Shown here piece by piece: positions 31,488-41,085 of a DNA stretch of 64,000 nucleotides (the first letter of the stretch is position 1; each line of letters opens with the position of its first letter). The translations under genes were made by a program, and so were the position numbers. Under the pieces are notes generated by a model, which saw nothing but the letters and a program-made list of their open reading frames with translations, had not been told where the DNA came from and ran no database searches. Origin of the DNA: Phycisphaeraceae bacterium (GTDB lineage: Bacteria > Planctomycetota > Phycisphaerae > Phycisphaerales > Phycisphaeraceae); assembly GCA_963674705.1 (NCBI GenBank), contig OY771506.1, positions 2,624,001-2,688,000 on the forward strand. The letters are read 5' to 3'.

Positions 31488-32066
31488 ATGCGAAAATCTA
31501 TGATCCTGGCTGTCATGCTGACTGTGGTCAGTTTCTGGGCGGCTGCCGTCAGTGCATCGACGATCACCATCTACACAGATAAAACGCTTTGGGAAAACGC
31601 TCTGGCGGGGCTGGTGTTAACGGAGGACTTCACTGACGATGTACTCAACGATGGCGTCAGTTTCGTGTCCAGCGAATCCGGCCACATCAATACCGCGCTG
31701 GGTTACTATCACGATGTTTTAATGTCGACCAGCCAGAATGAACCGATGGTCACGTGGAGCTTTACGCCACAGATCGTCGCGTTTGGCGGGAACTGGACAT
31801 TGGCGGGCCCGGGCGGTTCGGGCAACAACCTGCAGGTTACTATCGTCGATGGTTCTGAGTATGTGGGATCCATCATCAGCAGTTACTACGGCGAGTTCTG
31901 GGGTTTCATCTCGGACACCCCGTTCACCTCGGTTCAGTGTGTCGGCGGACTGGGCACCCATCAGCAGAACTACAGTCTGGACGACATGGTCTATTCACCG
32001 GTTCCCGAGCCGACCACGCTGATCCCGCTGGCTTTGGGTGGGCTGATGCTGATTCGCCGTCGCTGA
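31488..32066 (+). CDS. PEP-CTERM protein
   Basis: Signal peptide; EDF, FWGFISD and LDDM; VPEPTT-TM-RRR. Confidence 0.9.
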   Translation: MRKSMILAVMLTVVSFWAAAVSASTITIYTDKTLWENALAGLVLTEDFTDDVLNDGVSFVSSESGHINTALGYYHDVLMSTSQNEPMVTWSFTPQIVAFGGNWTLAGPGGSGNNLQVTIVDGSEYVGSIISSYYGEFWGFISDTPFTSVQCVGGLGTHQQNYSLDDMVYSPVPEPTTLIPLALGGLMLIRRR

Positions 32067-32293
32067 ACTGAGTTGAAACAAAAAGTAACTGTGGCTTCAG
32101 CCCCGAAGTTAAACCGGGCGGGCGATGTCATTGCGCTTGCGCTGGGTGCCACACTTTGACTGCACAGCAGCAAAGTGTGCGTTGGCGGAACACACTTTGC
32201 CCTTCGGGTCAAAGTGTGATGCCATGAAGTAAGCCTCCTTTGTGTAGACTCGGGATCGGATGTTCCACGTCCCATACATCAAAGGAGGCTCAC

Positions 32294-32449
32294 ATGTACT
32301 TCGTTGGATTGGATGCACACCATCGTACGTCGAGTTACTGCATGATGAACAGTCAGGGCCAGGTGGTCAAGCAAGGGACGATCCGCGGCGGGCAGGCGGC
32401 GGTGGCGTGTGAGTTGGCACCCGTTACGGTTGGTTTGAGAACACTTTAA
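32294..32449 (+). pseudogene. IS110-family transposase N-terminal fragment
   Basis: MYFVGLDAHHRTSSYCMMNSQGQVV matches the DEDD/RuvC-like start. AAGGAGG RBS lies inside a hairpin. Truncated after ~50 codons. Confidence 0.8.
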
Positions 32450-32495
32450 ATGGTAATTGCATCTTTTACCCCGAACTCTGACCGGGCGGGCGATG

Positions 32496-33482
32496 TCATT
32501 GCGCTTTCGCTTCCCAGCCGTACACGACATATTGGTTGTGGAATGAGCCGTCTTCGTAGAGGTCTATCAGTCCGTAGCCGGGTTCACATTCCTGGTTGGC
32601 GCCTTTCCACCATGCGCCACAGACCGCGCCGTTGCAGCGGTAGGCGACGCCGTTGTAGCTGACTTCGTCGACAAGATGTATGTGGCCGGAGAGGCAGAGT
32701 TTTACGTTCGGGTGCTTGAGGAATAAATCTTTGAGCTTGCGGGCATCGAGGTGCATCCACGCACCGGGGACGACCCAGTCGCCGGTCTTTTCGTTATCGC
32801 CGTCGAAGTAGGCGCAGGCGGCGAGGATCGGGATGTGCGAGAGGATCAACACGGGTGTGCTCGCGGGGGTGTTTGTCAGATCGCTTTGCAGCCAGGCAAA
32901 CTGTTCATCATCGAGTCGGGCCTTGTAGTGGCCGTCATCTTGAGGGGCTGTACTGTCGAGTACGACAAAGTGCCAGCCGGCCTGGTCGAAACTGTAGTAA
33001 CGCGTAGTCATGCCGAAGCTATCCATCGCCCAGCGTTTGCCTTTATCTTGATCCATGCCGAAAACATCGTGATTCCCGATGCAGTTGCGGTAGGGCAGCG
33101 TGCAGTGCTTCTGCATGACTGTCCGCCAAACCGCGAGTTGTTCCTCGGCTCTTTCAACAGTGCAATCGTGTGCAACCTCCATCACGTTGTCGCCGCCGAA
33201 GAGAATCAGCTGCGGCGGATCGTCCATATTATGTACGTGTTGAAGACACGCTGTTAACCCATCGCCGGCAGAGCGTTCGGGCTGAACGTGAACATCTGTC
33301 AGATGAGCGATGCGCATGACACGACGGGCACTTCGTTGCGGGGCGGGATGCGGCTGACCAAGCGCGAGATTCGCATTGCTGCCGATCCACGCCGCGATAC
33401 CGACGCCCATTGCGGTCTGTTGGACAAAAGTTCTTCGGCTGTAACCTTGTTCGTTCGGATCGGAAGGGAGGAGGTTGGTCAT
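32496..33482 (-). CDS. Tat-exported calcineurin-like metallophosphoesterase
   Basis: SRRTFV twin-arginine signal; DVH, GGD, GNHD, SHIP and GHIH. Confidence 0.92.
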   Translation of the reverse strand: MTNLLPSDPNEQGYSRRTFVQQTAMGVGIAAWIGSNANLALGQPHPAPQRSARRVMRIAHLTDVHVQPERSAGDGLTACLQHVHNMDDPPQLILFGGDNVMEVAHDCTVERAEEQLAVWRTVMQKHCTLPYRNCIGNHDVFGMDQDKGKRWAMDSFGMTTRYYSFDQAGWHFVVLDSTAPQDDGHYKARLDDEQFAWLQSDLTNTPASTPVLILSHIPILAACAYFDGDNEKTGDWVVPGAWMHLDARKLKDLFLKHPNVKLCLSGHIHLVDEVSYNGVAYRCNGAVCGAWWKGANQECEPGYGLIDLYEDGSFHNQYVVYGWEAKAQ

Positions 33483-33695
33483 ATCGTGCCTTGGATGGAA
33501 AGTGGTGTGAGAACGTGTGCATTGTACAGCTTTCATGGCGGGGTCTACTCGGATGAGCAGTCGACATCGGGAAAAGGTATGGATATGGGGGGGGGATGAA
33601 GCCCAGCCATTGCATGGCTGGGTGTCCCACAGATGGAATCTGTGGGCTTCGGTGTGCTGTAGTATCCAAACTGAACCATTGCGCGCCGAGCGCAG

Positions 33696-34190
33696 TCACC
33701 GTTTCATTGGTTTGCCGTCCTGTAACAACTCAATCTCGGGCAGACTCATTGTGAGGTGGTCGACGATATCGGTATGTTTGTTGAACAGGTACCAGCTGGG
33801 TACACAGAGATGCGGACCATCGTGTTTGAGAATGCGTAGATATATCCCGTGTTCACCCTTACAAACATCGATTGTTTTAATTTGTGAGACTTCGACATCC
33901 CACCGCTTGACCCCACTGCTGTAATTCCTGGATCGCCACCAGTACAGGTGTGATTCGTTGATTCCCACGCCGCGTTTTTTCTCCCAGATGAAACCCGCAG
34001 CGATTGCAATCGTGCCAAGACCGGTGAGTAAGGCAAGAAACCAGCCAAACCCACCCGCGGGGCCGAATATCGATAAACAAACGCAGGCTAGTGATATTGG
34101 CAAGAGAATGAAGAAGGTAACAACCATCTCGGTGCTGCGCGATGATCCTTCAAATTCAAGATGAACGCCCCCGTTGCCTTCGCTATTCAT
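33696..34190 (-). CDS. Hypothetical membrane protein (2 TM plus PH-like soluble part)
   Basis: 164-aa ORF with two hydrophobic segments. Confidence 0.6.
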   Translation of the reverse strand: MNSEGNGGVHLEFEGSSRSTEMVVTFFILLPISLACVCLSIFGPAGGFGWFLALLTGLGTIAIAAGFIWEKKRGVGINESHLYWWRSRNYSSGVKRWDVEVSQIKTIDVCKGEHGIYLRILKHDGPHLCVPSWYLFNKHTDIVDHLTMSLPEIELLQDGKPMKR

Positions 34191-34320
34191 GGGCCAACCC
34201 CCAAGGCTGAAGTTTGTGTATTTACGATCTGCCCATCTACGTTAACGGATATTGTCATCTGCCGCGGCGCATTATTGTATCAATAGCCTGGCGGTTTCGG
34301 ACCTGTTCAGTTGCTCTGAA

Positions 34321-34917
34321 TCATGATTCTGCGAATGCATCACGACATAGATCAACAGCTTGTTTGATCCATGCGCGTCGTTGTGGTTCGCTGCTGGTTA
34401 CAACCGGGGTGAAAGTTTGGCGGTGGAAGTTCCGGACACCGCAGAGGTCGAAGATGCAACTGCGCCAGATGTTTTCGAGCGGGTCGCCGAAGACGGCCTG
34501 TTCACGGGCTGGTTCGGTATTGGAGGTGTTGAGAACCACAGCGGCGCGGGCTTTGAGCAGGCCGATGGGGACGCCTTCACCGCTATCGCCTTCATCGAAA
34601 CGGTAGGCCATGCCGGGGCGGACCACACGGTCGACCCAACCCTTGAGGATGGCCGGCGGCATGCCCCACCAGTTGGGGTGCACGATCACGATGCCGTCCG
34701 TGGCACAAAGCTGTTTGCAATGGCGTTGAAACTGCGGATCGACCGGGCCCGATTCGGGTATCTCCTGGGCTTCGATGAGTGGGTCAAAGCCTTCAGCGTA
34801 AAGGTCGTGGAAAGTTACATCGTGGCCGACTGCTATCAGATCATCACGGACTGCTTGAGCAATGGCGTGGTTCAGGCTGGTGGGTGCGGGGTGGCCGAGG
34901 ATGATGAGGATGTTCAT
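34321..34917 (-). CDS. NAD(P)H dehydrogenase (quinone), flavodoxin-2 family
   Basis: ILGHP, DLYAEGFDP and PNWWGMPPAILKGWVDRV. Confidence 0.93.
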   Translation of the reverse strand: MNILIILGHPAPTSLNHAIAQAVRDDLIAVGHDVTFHDLYAEGFDPLIEAQEIPESGPVDPQFQRHCKQLCATDGIVIVHPNWWGMPPAILKGWVDRVVRPGMAYRFDEGDSGEGVPIGLLKARAAVVLNTSNTEPAREQAVFGDPLENIWRSCIFDLCGVRNFHRQTFTPVVTSSEPQRRAWIKQAVDLCRDAFAES

Positions 34918-35169
34918 GATGTTTCTTGATCGGTGGTTACTGAATATTAGTTTTTGAATGTGAAATGATACTGAAGTCAGAGAAGTTTGTTATGGGTGCG
35001 GTTCCAATATATGGTGCGTGCTGATGCAGGATTGTTTTGTGACCCGTGCCGGAATAAACCTTGGCAGGCATATTTTTTGTAGGAGAAAGCCGAGTAGAAA
35101 CCGGTTCAATCTGATTTATTGCGGCCGGCCAACTTCACTTTGTGGCTTCGGATGCGATACACTTAGAGC

Positions 35170-36057
35170 ATGATGCTCTATCCAATCCTAACGTTGGCCC
35201 AGGATGCGGAAGCTGCGACACCTGATGCGCCCGGTATGTTCGACGGGATCGGGTACGGCTGGCGCATCCTGATTATCCTGGCGATTGCGGTGGGGGCGCA
35301 CCTGCTTGTTCGGCTCATCCGGATATTGCTTCATACTTTCGTCAAGTCGCGCTACGGCGGGCGCGGCCGGACCAAGGCGTTGACGCTTGCTCACTTCAGC
35401 ACCAGCGCGCTGGTTTTCATCATTTACTTCATTGCTTGCGGGATGATCTTCGCGGCGATCGAGATCTCGCTGACTGCATATCTCGCCAGCGCGACGATCA
35501 TCGGCTTCGCGGTCAGCTTCGGTTCGCAAGGGTTGATCCAGGATGTCATCACGGGTCTGACGCTGATCACATCCGACCTTGTAGATGTCGGCGACATGGT
35601 TGAGATCGGCGGGCAGGCGGGGATCGTGCGGCGGGTCGGCATGCGTTACACCGTCATCATGAACTACACCGGGGCCGAGGTGTTTATCCCGAATCGAAAC
35701 ATCTCCAATGCTATCAACTACCGTAGCGGTTACATCCGCGTGTTCCTCGATGCGTGGCTGCCTGATGATGAGCAGGTCTCGACTCAAGCGATCGAGCGGA
35801 TCAAGGCAGTGACGCAGACTATTTCCGATCAGTTCAGCGGATTGATGCTGGGCGAGCATGAAGTCATCGGCGCGCAGAAGACGGAGGCGGGCACGAGCTA
35901 TGTCCGTATCAAGTTCCGCATCTGGCCGGGGCAGAATTCGCTGATCGAGTCGGTGGTAAAGCAGGCGGTTTTGACGGAGCTTAAGTCGTTGAAGCCGGAC
36001 TATGCTGACTGGATGGTGACGGTGCAGTACCGCGTCGATACGCTGGCGAATCACTGA
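35170..36057 (+). CDS. mscS: Small-conductance mechanosensitive channel (MscS family)
   Basis: GFAVSFGSQGLIQDVITG, VGDMVEI and IPN. Confidence 0.9.
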   Translation: MMLYPILTLAQDAEAATPDAPGMFDGIGYGWRILIILAIAVGAHLLVRLIRILLHTFVKSRYGGRGRTKALTLAHFSTSALVFIIYFIACGMIFAAIEISLTAYLASATIIGFAVSFGSQGLIQDVITGLTLITSDLVDVGDMVEIGGQAGIVRRVGMRYTVIMNYTGAEVFIPNRNISNAINYRSGYIRVFLDAWLPDDEQVSTQAIERIKAVTQTISDQFSGLMLGEHEVIGAQKTEAGTSYVRIKFRIWPGQNSLIESVVKQAVLTELKSLKPDYADWMVTVQYRVDTLANH

Positions 36058-36199
36058 ATAGCCCCTAAGATTCAGAAAGTCTTATCGCGATGGCTACAAA
36101 GCTGTAACAATCAGCACGGCCATCGCGTATAGTTTGATAACAGCCGATACCGCTATCACTCTGATGGCTCATCTTTGCCCGGCTGACAGGAGAAGAAAC

Positions 36200-37591
36200 G
36201 TGAAGTATTTACCGGCGTGGGTTTTCTGTGGGTTGCTTCTGCTATGCACGCGTTACGCTGTCGCGGCCGAGCCTGTCGAGGATGTGTCGGGCGTGCTTGA
36301 GCGGTTCGTGGCTGAGCCGGATGATGCGTTTACCTATCGCGAACGATCCAGCATGGTGATCGGCGATGTCGAAGCGCGCGAGCTGGAACTGGTATCGCAA
36401 GTCTGGCAGGGTACGGCGTGGCGGCATCGGTTGATCCTGCTCAAGCCAAAGGAATTGACACATCCCAAGCAAGGGCTGCTGCTGGTTGTCGGCGGATCGT
36501 GGCGCGGCGAGGAAGAGCCGCTCTTTGGTCAAGGGCGCAAGCTGCCTAAGGAAGTGAACATGTTCCTGGGTACGGCCCGTGAACTCGGCTCCGTGATCGC
36601 GGTGGTGACGCGCGTGCCGTTCCAGCCGATGTATGAAGGGTTGAAGGAAGACGACCTGATCGCGTTTACGATGGATCGTTATCTTGAGTCGGGCGATACG
36701 GATTGGCCGCTGCTGCTGCCGATGGTGAAGTCGGCGGTGCGTGCGATGGATGCGACGCAGGCGTATTCGCAAGAGACGTGGGGTGTTGAGATCGAACACT
36801 TCACGGTGTCCGGCGCTTCCAAGCGTGGCTGGACGACCTGGCTGACCGGCGCGACGGACAAGCGCGTCAACGCGATCGTGCCGATCGTGATCGATGTATT
36901 GAACATGCAGCAGCAGATGGACCTGCACGTTGCTGCGTGGGGCGCGCCGTCGCGGATGATCCGGCCTTATACCGAACGCAATATCCTCGAGCGTTTCGAT
37001 TCGCCGCGCGGCCAACAGCTTATCCAGATGGTCGATCCTTATGCGTATCGCAACAAACTCGAACACCTGCTTAAAACCGTCCTGCTTGCGACGAACGACC
37101 CGTACTGGCCGGTCGATGCGGCCAACCTGTACTGGGACGGTTTGCACGGCGACAAGCGCCTGGTCTACGCGCCCAACAGCGGGCACAGCATGGACCGCGG
37201 CATCCTGCACGTCGTCGGCAGCGTGGTCGCAACACACATCGCCGCGGCGGAAGGACTCACGCTGCCGAACCCCACGTGGACGTTATCCAAGGATGACACT
37301 GCTCTGCACGTCGATGTGACATCGCAGGAAAAGCCGACCCGCGCCGCCTTATGGTGGGCCGATTCCAACACACGCGACTTCCGCGATGCTAACTGGCAGA
37401 CCAAACCGATTACGGTGAATGGCGAAAAGATCACCAGCGATGTGCCGCGTCCGACTTCCGGTTACCGCGCTGCGTATATCAGCATGACGTACCCCGGTTT
37501 GCCTACAGGTTTCCAGGTGAGTACGCAGATTGGGGTGTTTGCGAGTGATGCGGCGGGGGACCCGATGGAAGTGGGGCAGTTTGATGATTGA
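36200..37591 (+). CDS. pqaA: PhoPQ-activated pathogenicity-related protein (PqaA-type alpha/beta hydrolase)
   Basis: SQVW, EDDLIA, PMVKSAVRAMD, GASKRGWTTW, VDPY, NDPYW and PNSGH. Confidence 0.9.
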   Translation: MKYLPAWVFCGLLLLCTRYAVAAEPVEDVSGVLERFVAEPDDAFTYRERSSMVIGDVEARELELVSQVWQGTAWRHRLILLKPKELTHPKQGLLLVVGGSWRGEEEPLFGQGRKLPKEVNMFLGTARELGSVIAVVTRVPFQPMYEGLKEDDLIAFTMDRYLESGDTDWPLLLPMVKSAVRAMDATQAYSQETWGVEIEHFTVSGASKRGWTTWLTGATDKRVNAIVPIVIDVLNMQQQMDLHVAAWGAPSRMIRPYTERNILERFDSPRGQQLIQMVDPYAYRNKLEHLLKTVLLATNDPYWPVDAANLYWDGLHGDKRLVYAPNSGHSMDRGILHVVGSVVATHIAAAEGLTLPNPTWTLSKDDTALHVDVTSQEKPTRAALWWADSNTRDFRDANWQTKPITVNGEKITSDVPRPTSGYRAAYISMTYPGLPTGFQVSTQIGVFASDAAGDPMEVGQFDD

Positions 37592-37595
37592 TTAT

Positions 37596-38295
37596 GTAGG
37601 TCCGGACCTGCCCGGACCTACGAAGCTGACTTGTTGACTGACCAACTTGTTGCTTGGATGATGGTCATTCATGAGCAGGGGTCGTAAAAAGCGGGGTTGG
37701 GTCTATCGGTCGGGGCTTGTTCTGGTTTCGATAGCCGCATTGGCTATGGGTGTTATTTTGATCGGGAGTTTGTATTGGCGTGCAGGATTCATGATTGGGT
37801 TGCCGAATGATCGCAGATTTAGCGTGAACTTGATGCTTGGGACGATGCATGTTAAGTACTACAACAATCTCAAGACCTCTAAAAACTCCTATGGTGTGTC
37901 ATACATCGAAGAAACCTTTATGGTGCCGACGGCGATACGGCATCGGGAATTTGAGTGGTTTAATTTTGACTATTCTGATGGCGTTCTGCCAGCGTCTTTC
38001 TTAGGCTTTCCGATCCGTATCAGGCATATCGCGTTCCCATTGTGGGTACCGTTGATTCTTATATCCATATGGCCCGTGCTTACAATAATTACCTGGGCGC
38101 GATTCCGTTTCCCACCCGACCACTGTTCCGCCTGCGGCTATGACCTGCGAGGGAGCAAGGAATCAATTGCGTGTCCCGAGTGCGGGGAGGCGATCCAAAC
38201 AAGAGCATGTATAAATAGCGAGTCAGGATGTAGGTCCGGGCCTGCCCGGACAATAGCAATGATTAAGTGTGATGTCCGGGCAGGCCCGGACCTAC
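37596..38295. repeat. GTAG-type REP family H (GTAGGTCCGGrCCTGCCCGGAC): single copy at 37596-37621 and doublet at 38230-38295
   Basis: Directly visible palindromes. Confidence 0.85.
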
Positions 38296-38309
38296 GAAGC
38301 TATGATTAG
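37671..38309 (+). CDS. Membrane protein with C-terminal CxxCGYDLRG..CPECG zinc ribbon (planctomycete-type)
   Basis: Two TM segments; CSACGYDLRGSKESIACPECG. Confidence 0.8.
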   Translation: MSRGRKKRGWVYRSGLVLVSIAALAMGVILIGSLYWRAGFMIGLPNDRRFSVNLMLGTMHVKYYNNLKTSKNSYGVSYIEETFMVPTAIRHREFEWFNFDYSDGVLPASFLGFPIRIRHIAFPLWVPLILISIWPVLTIITWARFRFPPDHCSACGYDLRGSKESIACPECGEAIQTRACINSESGCRSGPARTIAMIKCDVRAGPDLRSYD

Positions 38310-38339
38310 GTTCGGCTTCCATTGAAGGGGAATTGATCG

Positions 38340-39275
38340 ATGCAAGCGTTACACGCGGTGACCGGGGCGTTTGGGTATTCGGGTGGGTATATTGCCAGGC
38401 GGTTGCTGGAGCGGGATCAGCGGGTTTTGACGTTGACCAATTCGCCTAAGCGGGTGAGTGACTTGGTGGGGCGGGTGGATGTTGCGGGGTTTAACTTTGA
38501 TCGGCCGGGAGAGTTGGCGGAATCGCTTAAAGGGGTGCGTGTTCTTTATAACACGTACTGGGTGCGGTTCAATCACAAGACGTTCAAGCACAACGAAGCG
38601 GTTAAGAACACGTTGGTTTTGTTTGATGCGGCGAAGACGGCGGGGGTTGAGCGGGTGGTGCATGTGAGTATTACGAATCCGGCTGAGGATTCGCCTTTGG
38701 AATACTTCAGCGGGAAGGCGGAATTGGAGCGTGCGTTGATCGGGTCGGGCATGTCGTATGCGATCCTTCGGCCGACGGTTTTGTTTGGGAAGGAAGATAT
38801 TTTGATTAATAACATCGCGTGGGTGTTAAGGCACATGCCGGTGTTCGGTGTGTTTGGGGATGGCAAGTATCGTTTGCAGCCGATCCATGTGGACGATCTT
38901 GCTGCGCTTGCGGTTGAGCAGTGGGAGAATGACGAGGATGTGATCATAGATGCGATCGGGTCGGAGACGTTTACGTATCGTGAATTGATCGAGATGATCG
39001 GGAAGATCATCGGCGTGCGTCGGCCGATTGTTTCGGTGCCGCCGTCGTTGGGTTATGTGCTGGGCTGGGTGATGGGCAAGATCGTGGGCGATGTGATCAT
39101 CACACGCGAAGAGATCGAAGGGCTGATGGCGGATCTGCTTCATGTCGACAGCCCGCCCGCGGGGCAAACGAAGCTGACGGAGTGGGCGACGCGGCATGCG
39201 GATACGTTAGGTCGCAAATACACCAGCGAACTGGCGCGGCGCAAGGATCGGACGAAGGCGTATCAGAGCAATTGA
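38340..39275 (+). CDS. NAD(P)-dependent epimerase / atypical SDR (NDUFA9-like)
   Basis: VTGAFGYSG, YFSGK, ILRPT and QPIHVDDLA. Confidence 0.92.
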   Translation: MQALHAVTGAFGYSGGYIARRLLERDQRVLTLTNSPKRVSDLVGRVDVAGFNFDRPGELAESLKGVRVLYNTYWVRFNHKTFKHNEAVKNTLVLFDAAKTAGVERVVHVSITNPAEDSPLEYFSGKAELERALIGSGMSYAILRPTVLFGKEDILINNIAWVLRHMPVFGVFGDGKYRLQPIHVDDLAALAVEQWENDEDVIIDAIGSETFTYRELIEMIGKIIGVRRPIVSVPPSLGYVLGWVMGKIVGDVIITREEIEGLMADLLHVDSPPAGQTKLTEWATRHADTLGRKYTSELARRKDRTKAYQSN

Positions 39276-39438
39276 TCTTCTTGTGCATATTTATCCGCAA
39301 ACGCTTGTATAAGTATGCTCTATTGGTTAATTTGATTGTTAACAAAAACATCAGATGGCTGATTGGATAGCTGTGTGATTGTTTGGGCGGAGAAGCACCT
39401 CAAATCCATATTGATCCATATCTACAGGAGGGCGGAGA

Positions 39439-40095
39439 ATGGCCAAGGAGAATTTTGAACGTAGCAAGCCGCACGTGAACATCGGGACAGTGTCGCAGAT
39501 CGTCACCGACACGTCGGGACAACTCACGCTAAGCGGTGTCGGAGATGAGTTTGTCGGCAACGATGCGCCGAGCACGAAGCTCTACATCAGCGCGCCGGGT
39601 TCGGGTGACCCGCAGAGTTTCATTGTTGCGTATCCGTTCGATGCGGACTTCACGTTTGTGCCGGACGATGCCGCGTGTTGCAGGGAGATGTCGATGGACT
39701 TTGCGATCGACATGCTGCCGCTGGATGTGACCGGCACAGCCAACCTCGAAGTCACGCTCGCGATCCTTCAAGGTGAAGTGTTTGTCGCGACGGGGCACGG
39801 CGGATCGGTTGTGCCGGGCGCGGGCTGGATGACGGTCAGCGATTCGGGTTTGATCGCGAGCGACTTCTTTGAGGTGGATGGCGGTTCGAGTCACCCGGAC
39901 TTCACGCGCACGTTCCAGTTCGGTTATGCGTTCATGGGCGATTATTCGACGGACGGGTTGAGTGTTGAGCTGAATGTCGACAACATGCACGTGGGCATCA
40001 ACAACGTCCCCGAGCCGGTGACAGGCACGATCGTGCTGGTGCTGATCGGGGGGGCGTTGATGTGCCGGCGTGGTCTGATCCCGACAATGCGATAA
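39439..40095 (+). CDS. PEP-CTERM protein with EF-Tu-like N-terminal 17 residues and no signal peptide
   Basis: Begins MAKENFERSKPHVNIGT and ends VPEP-TM-RR. AGGAGG RBS. In-frame TGA at 39412-39414 excludes an upstream extension. Confidence 0.85.
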   Translation: MAKENFERSKPHVNIGTVSQIVTDTSGQLTLSGVGDEFVGNDAPSTKLYISAPGSGDPQSFIVAYPFDADFTFVPDDAACCREMSMDFAIDMLPLDVTGTANLEVTLAILQGEVFVATGHGGSVVPGAGWMTVSDSGLIASDFFEVDGGSSHPDFTRTFQFGYAFMGDYSTDGLSVELNVDNMHVGINNVPEPVTGTIVLVLIGGALMCRRGLIPTMR

Positions 40096-40235
40096 GACAA
40101 TTGAAGGTGATGTATTCTCAACTATTTCAAGGAGATTCGATCTCTGGCGGCTATCGGTATTGAAAAATCGGATCAGAAATGTATATGATGAACCTCACGG
40201 TCGTAATAACGGGGACTTATCTGGGAGGTTTCATC

Positions 40236-41039
40236 ATGCAGAATTTGATGCGCGGCGCACTGCTGGCAGCTTTGGTGGGTTGTGTCGGTACAAGCAGCGC
40301 GTTGGGAGATAGTTATACGTTGTCGTTGACTGAGCTGGAGGGCGTGCGGTTCAGTTATGGGGATTCGATCACCACGCCGATCGACTTTGGGCAATCTTTT
40401 GCCCAGATCGATGAGATCACCGTAACGATCACGGGGACGGGGCACACCGGCTCGGCCTATGTCTCCGGCAGTTGGGGGGACCCCTGGAATCCCAGCCTTA
40501 TTGTTGTCGATCTTGACGCCGAGTTCATCGTGTTTATTGGTGATGATGGCGAAGCCGATTCGGTATTCTTCAATGACTTCGGCGTTTTCGGGGAAACAAC
40601 CACCACCAATGAACACACCGAAACCGAGACGCAGCCACTCTTGAACGGGATAGGTAGTCTCCGGCTGGAAACGAACTACATCTTATCGATTGGTGGAGGC
40701 GGAGCGCTACCGATCGAGCTGTCTTATGTTGATATCGAATCGGCGAGCGTCACGGTGACGGGGACAACGACTGCCAGTTTTGGCGATCCGACCGCTGACG
40801 GTTTTATTGGCTTGGACGACCTGGACCTGGTGCTGAAGCATTGGAACCAGATGGTGACGCCGGGCGATATCTCGAAGGGTGAATTGACCGGTGATGGATT
40901 TGTGAGCCTGGAAGACCTGGACGTTATCTTGAACAACTGGAATATCGGCACGCCATCTTATCCTACCACGTTGCCTGAGCCGGCATCTGTGGGGATGGCG
41001 TTGATGATGATTTGTGGTGTGCTGACACGGCGGATATAA
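40236..41039 (+). CDS. PEP-CTERM protein with dockerin-like domain
   Basis: Signal peptide; GDPTADGFIGLDDLD and GELTGDGFVSLEDLD; LPEP-TM-RR. Confidence 0.88.
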   Translation: MQNLMRGALLAALVGCVGTSSALGDSYTLSLTELEGVRFSYGDSITTPIDFGQSFAQIDEITVTITGTGHTGSAYVSGSWGDPWNPSLIVVDLDAEFIVFIGDDGEADSVFFNDFGVFGETTTTNEHTETETQPLLNGIGSLRLETNYILSIGGGGALPIELSYVDIESASVTVTGTTTASFGDPTADGFIGLDDLDLVLKHWNQMVTPGDISKGELTGDGFVSLEDLDVILNNWNIGTPSYPTTLPEPASVGMALMMICGVLTRRI

Positions 41040-41085
41040 GTGTTGATGCAGATATATTGGCTGTTCATTTTTGAAGCACGGTGTT

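Noticed and set aside
28948..34917. Integron cassette array of small minus-strand genes
   Set aside because: No paired RYYYAAC/GTTRRRY attC cores and no integrase were seen. The recurring motif is better explained as a REP remnant.
39439..40095. Calling this gene tuf
   Set aside because: Similarity ends after 17 residues; there is no GHVDHGKT P-loop or other GTPase motif.
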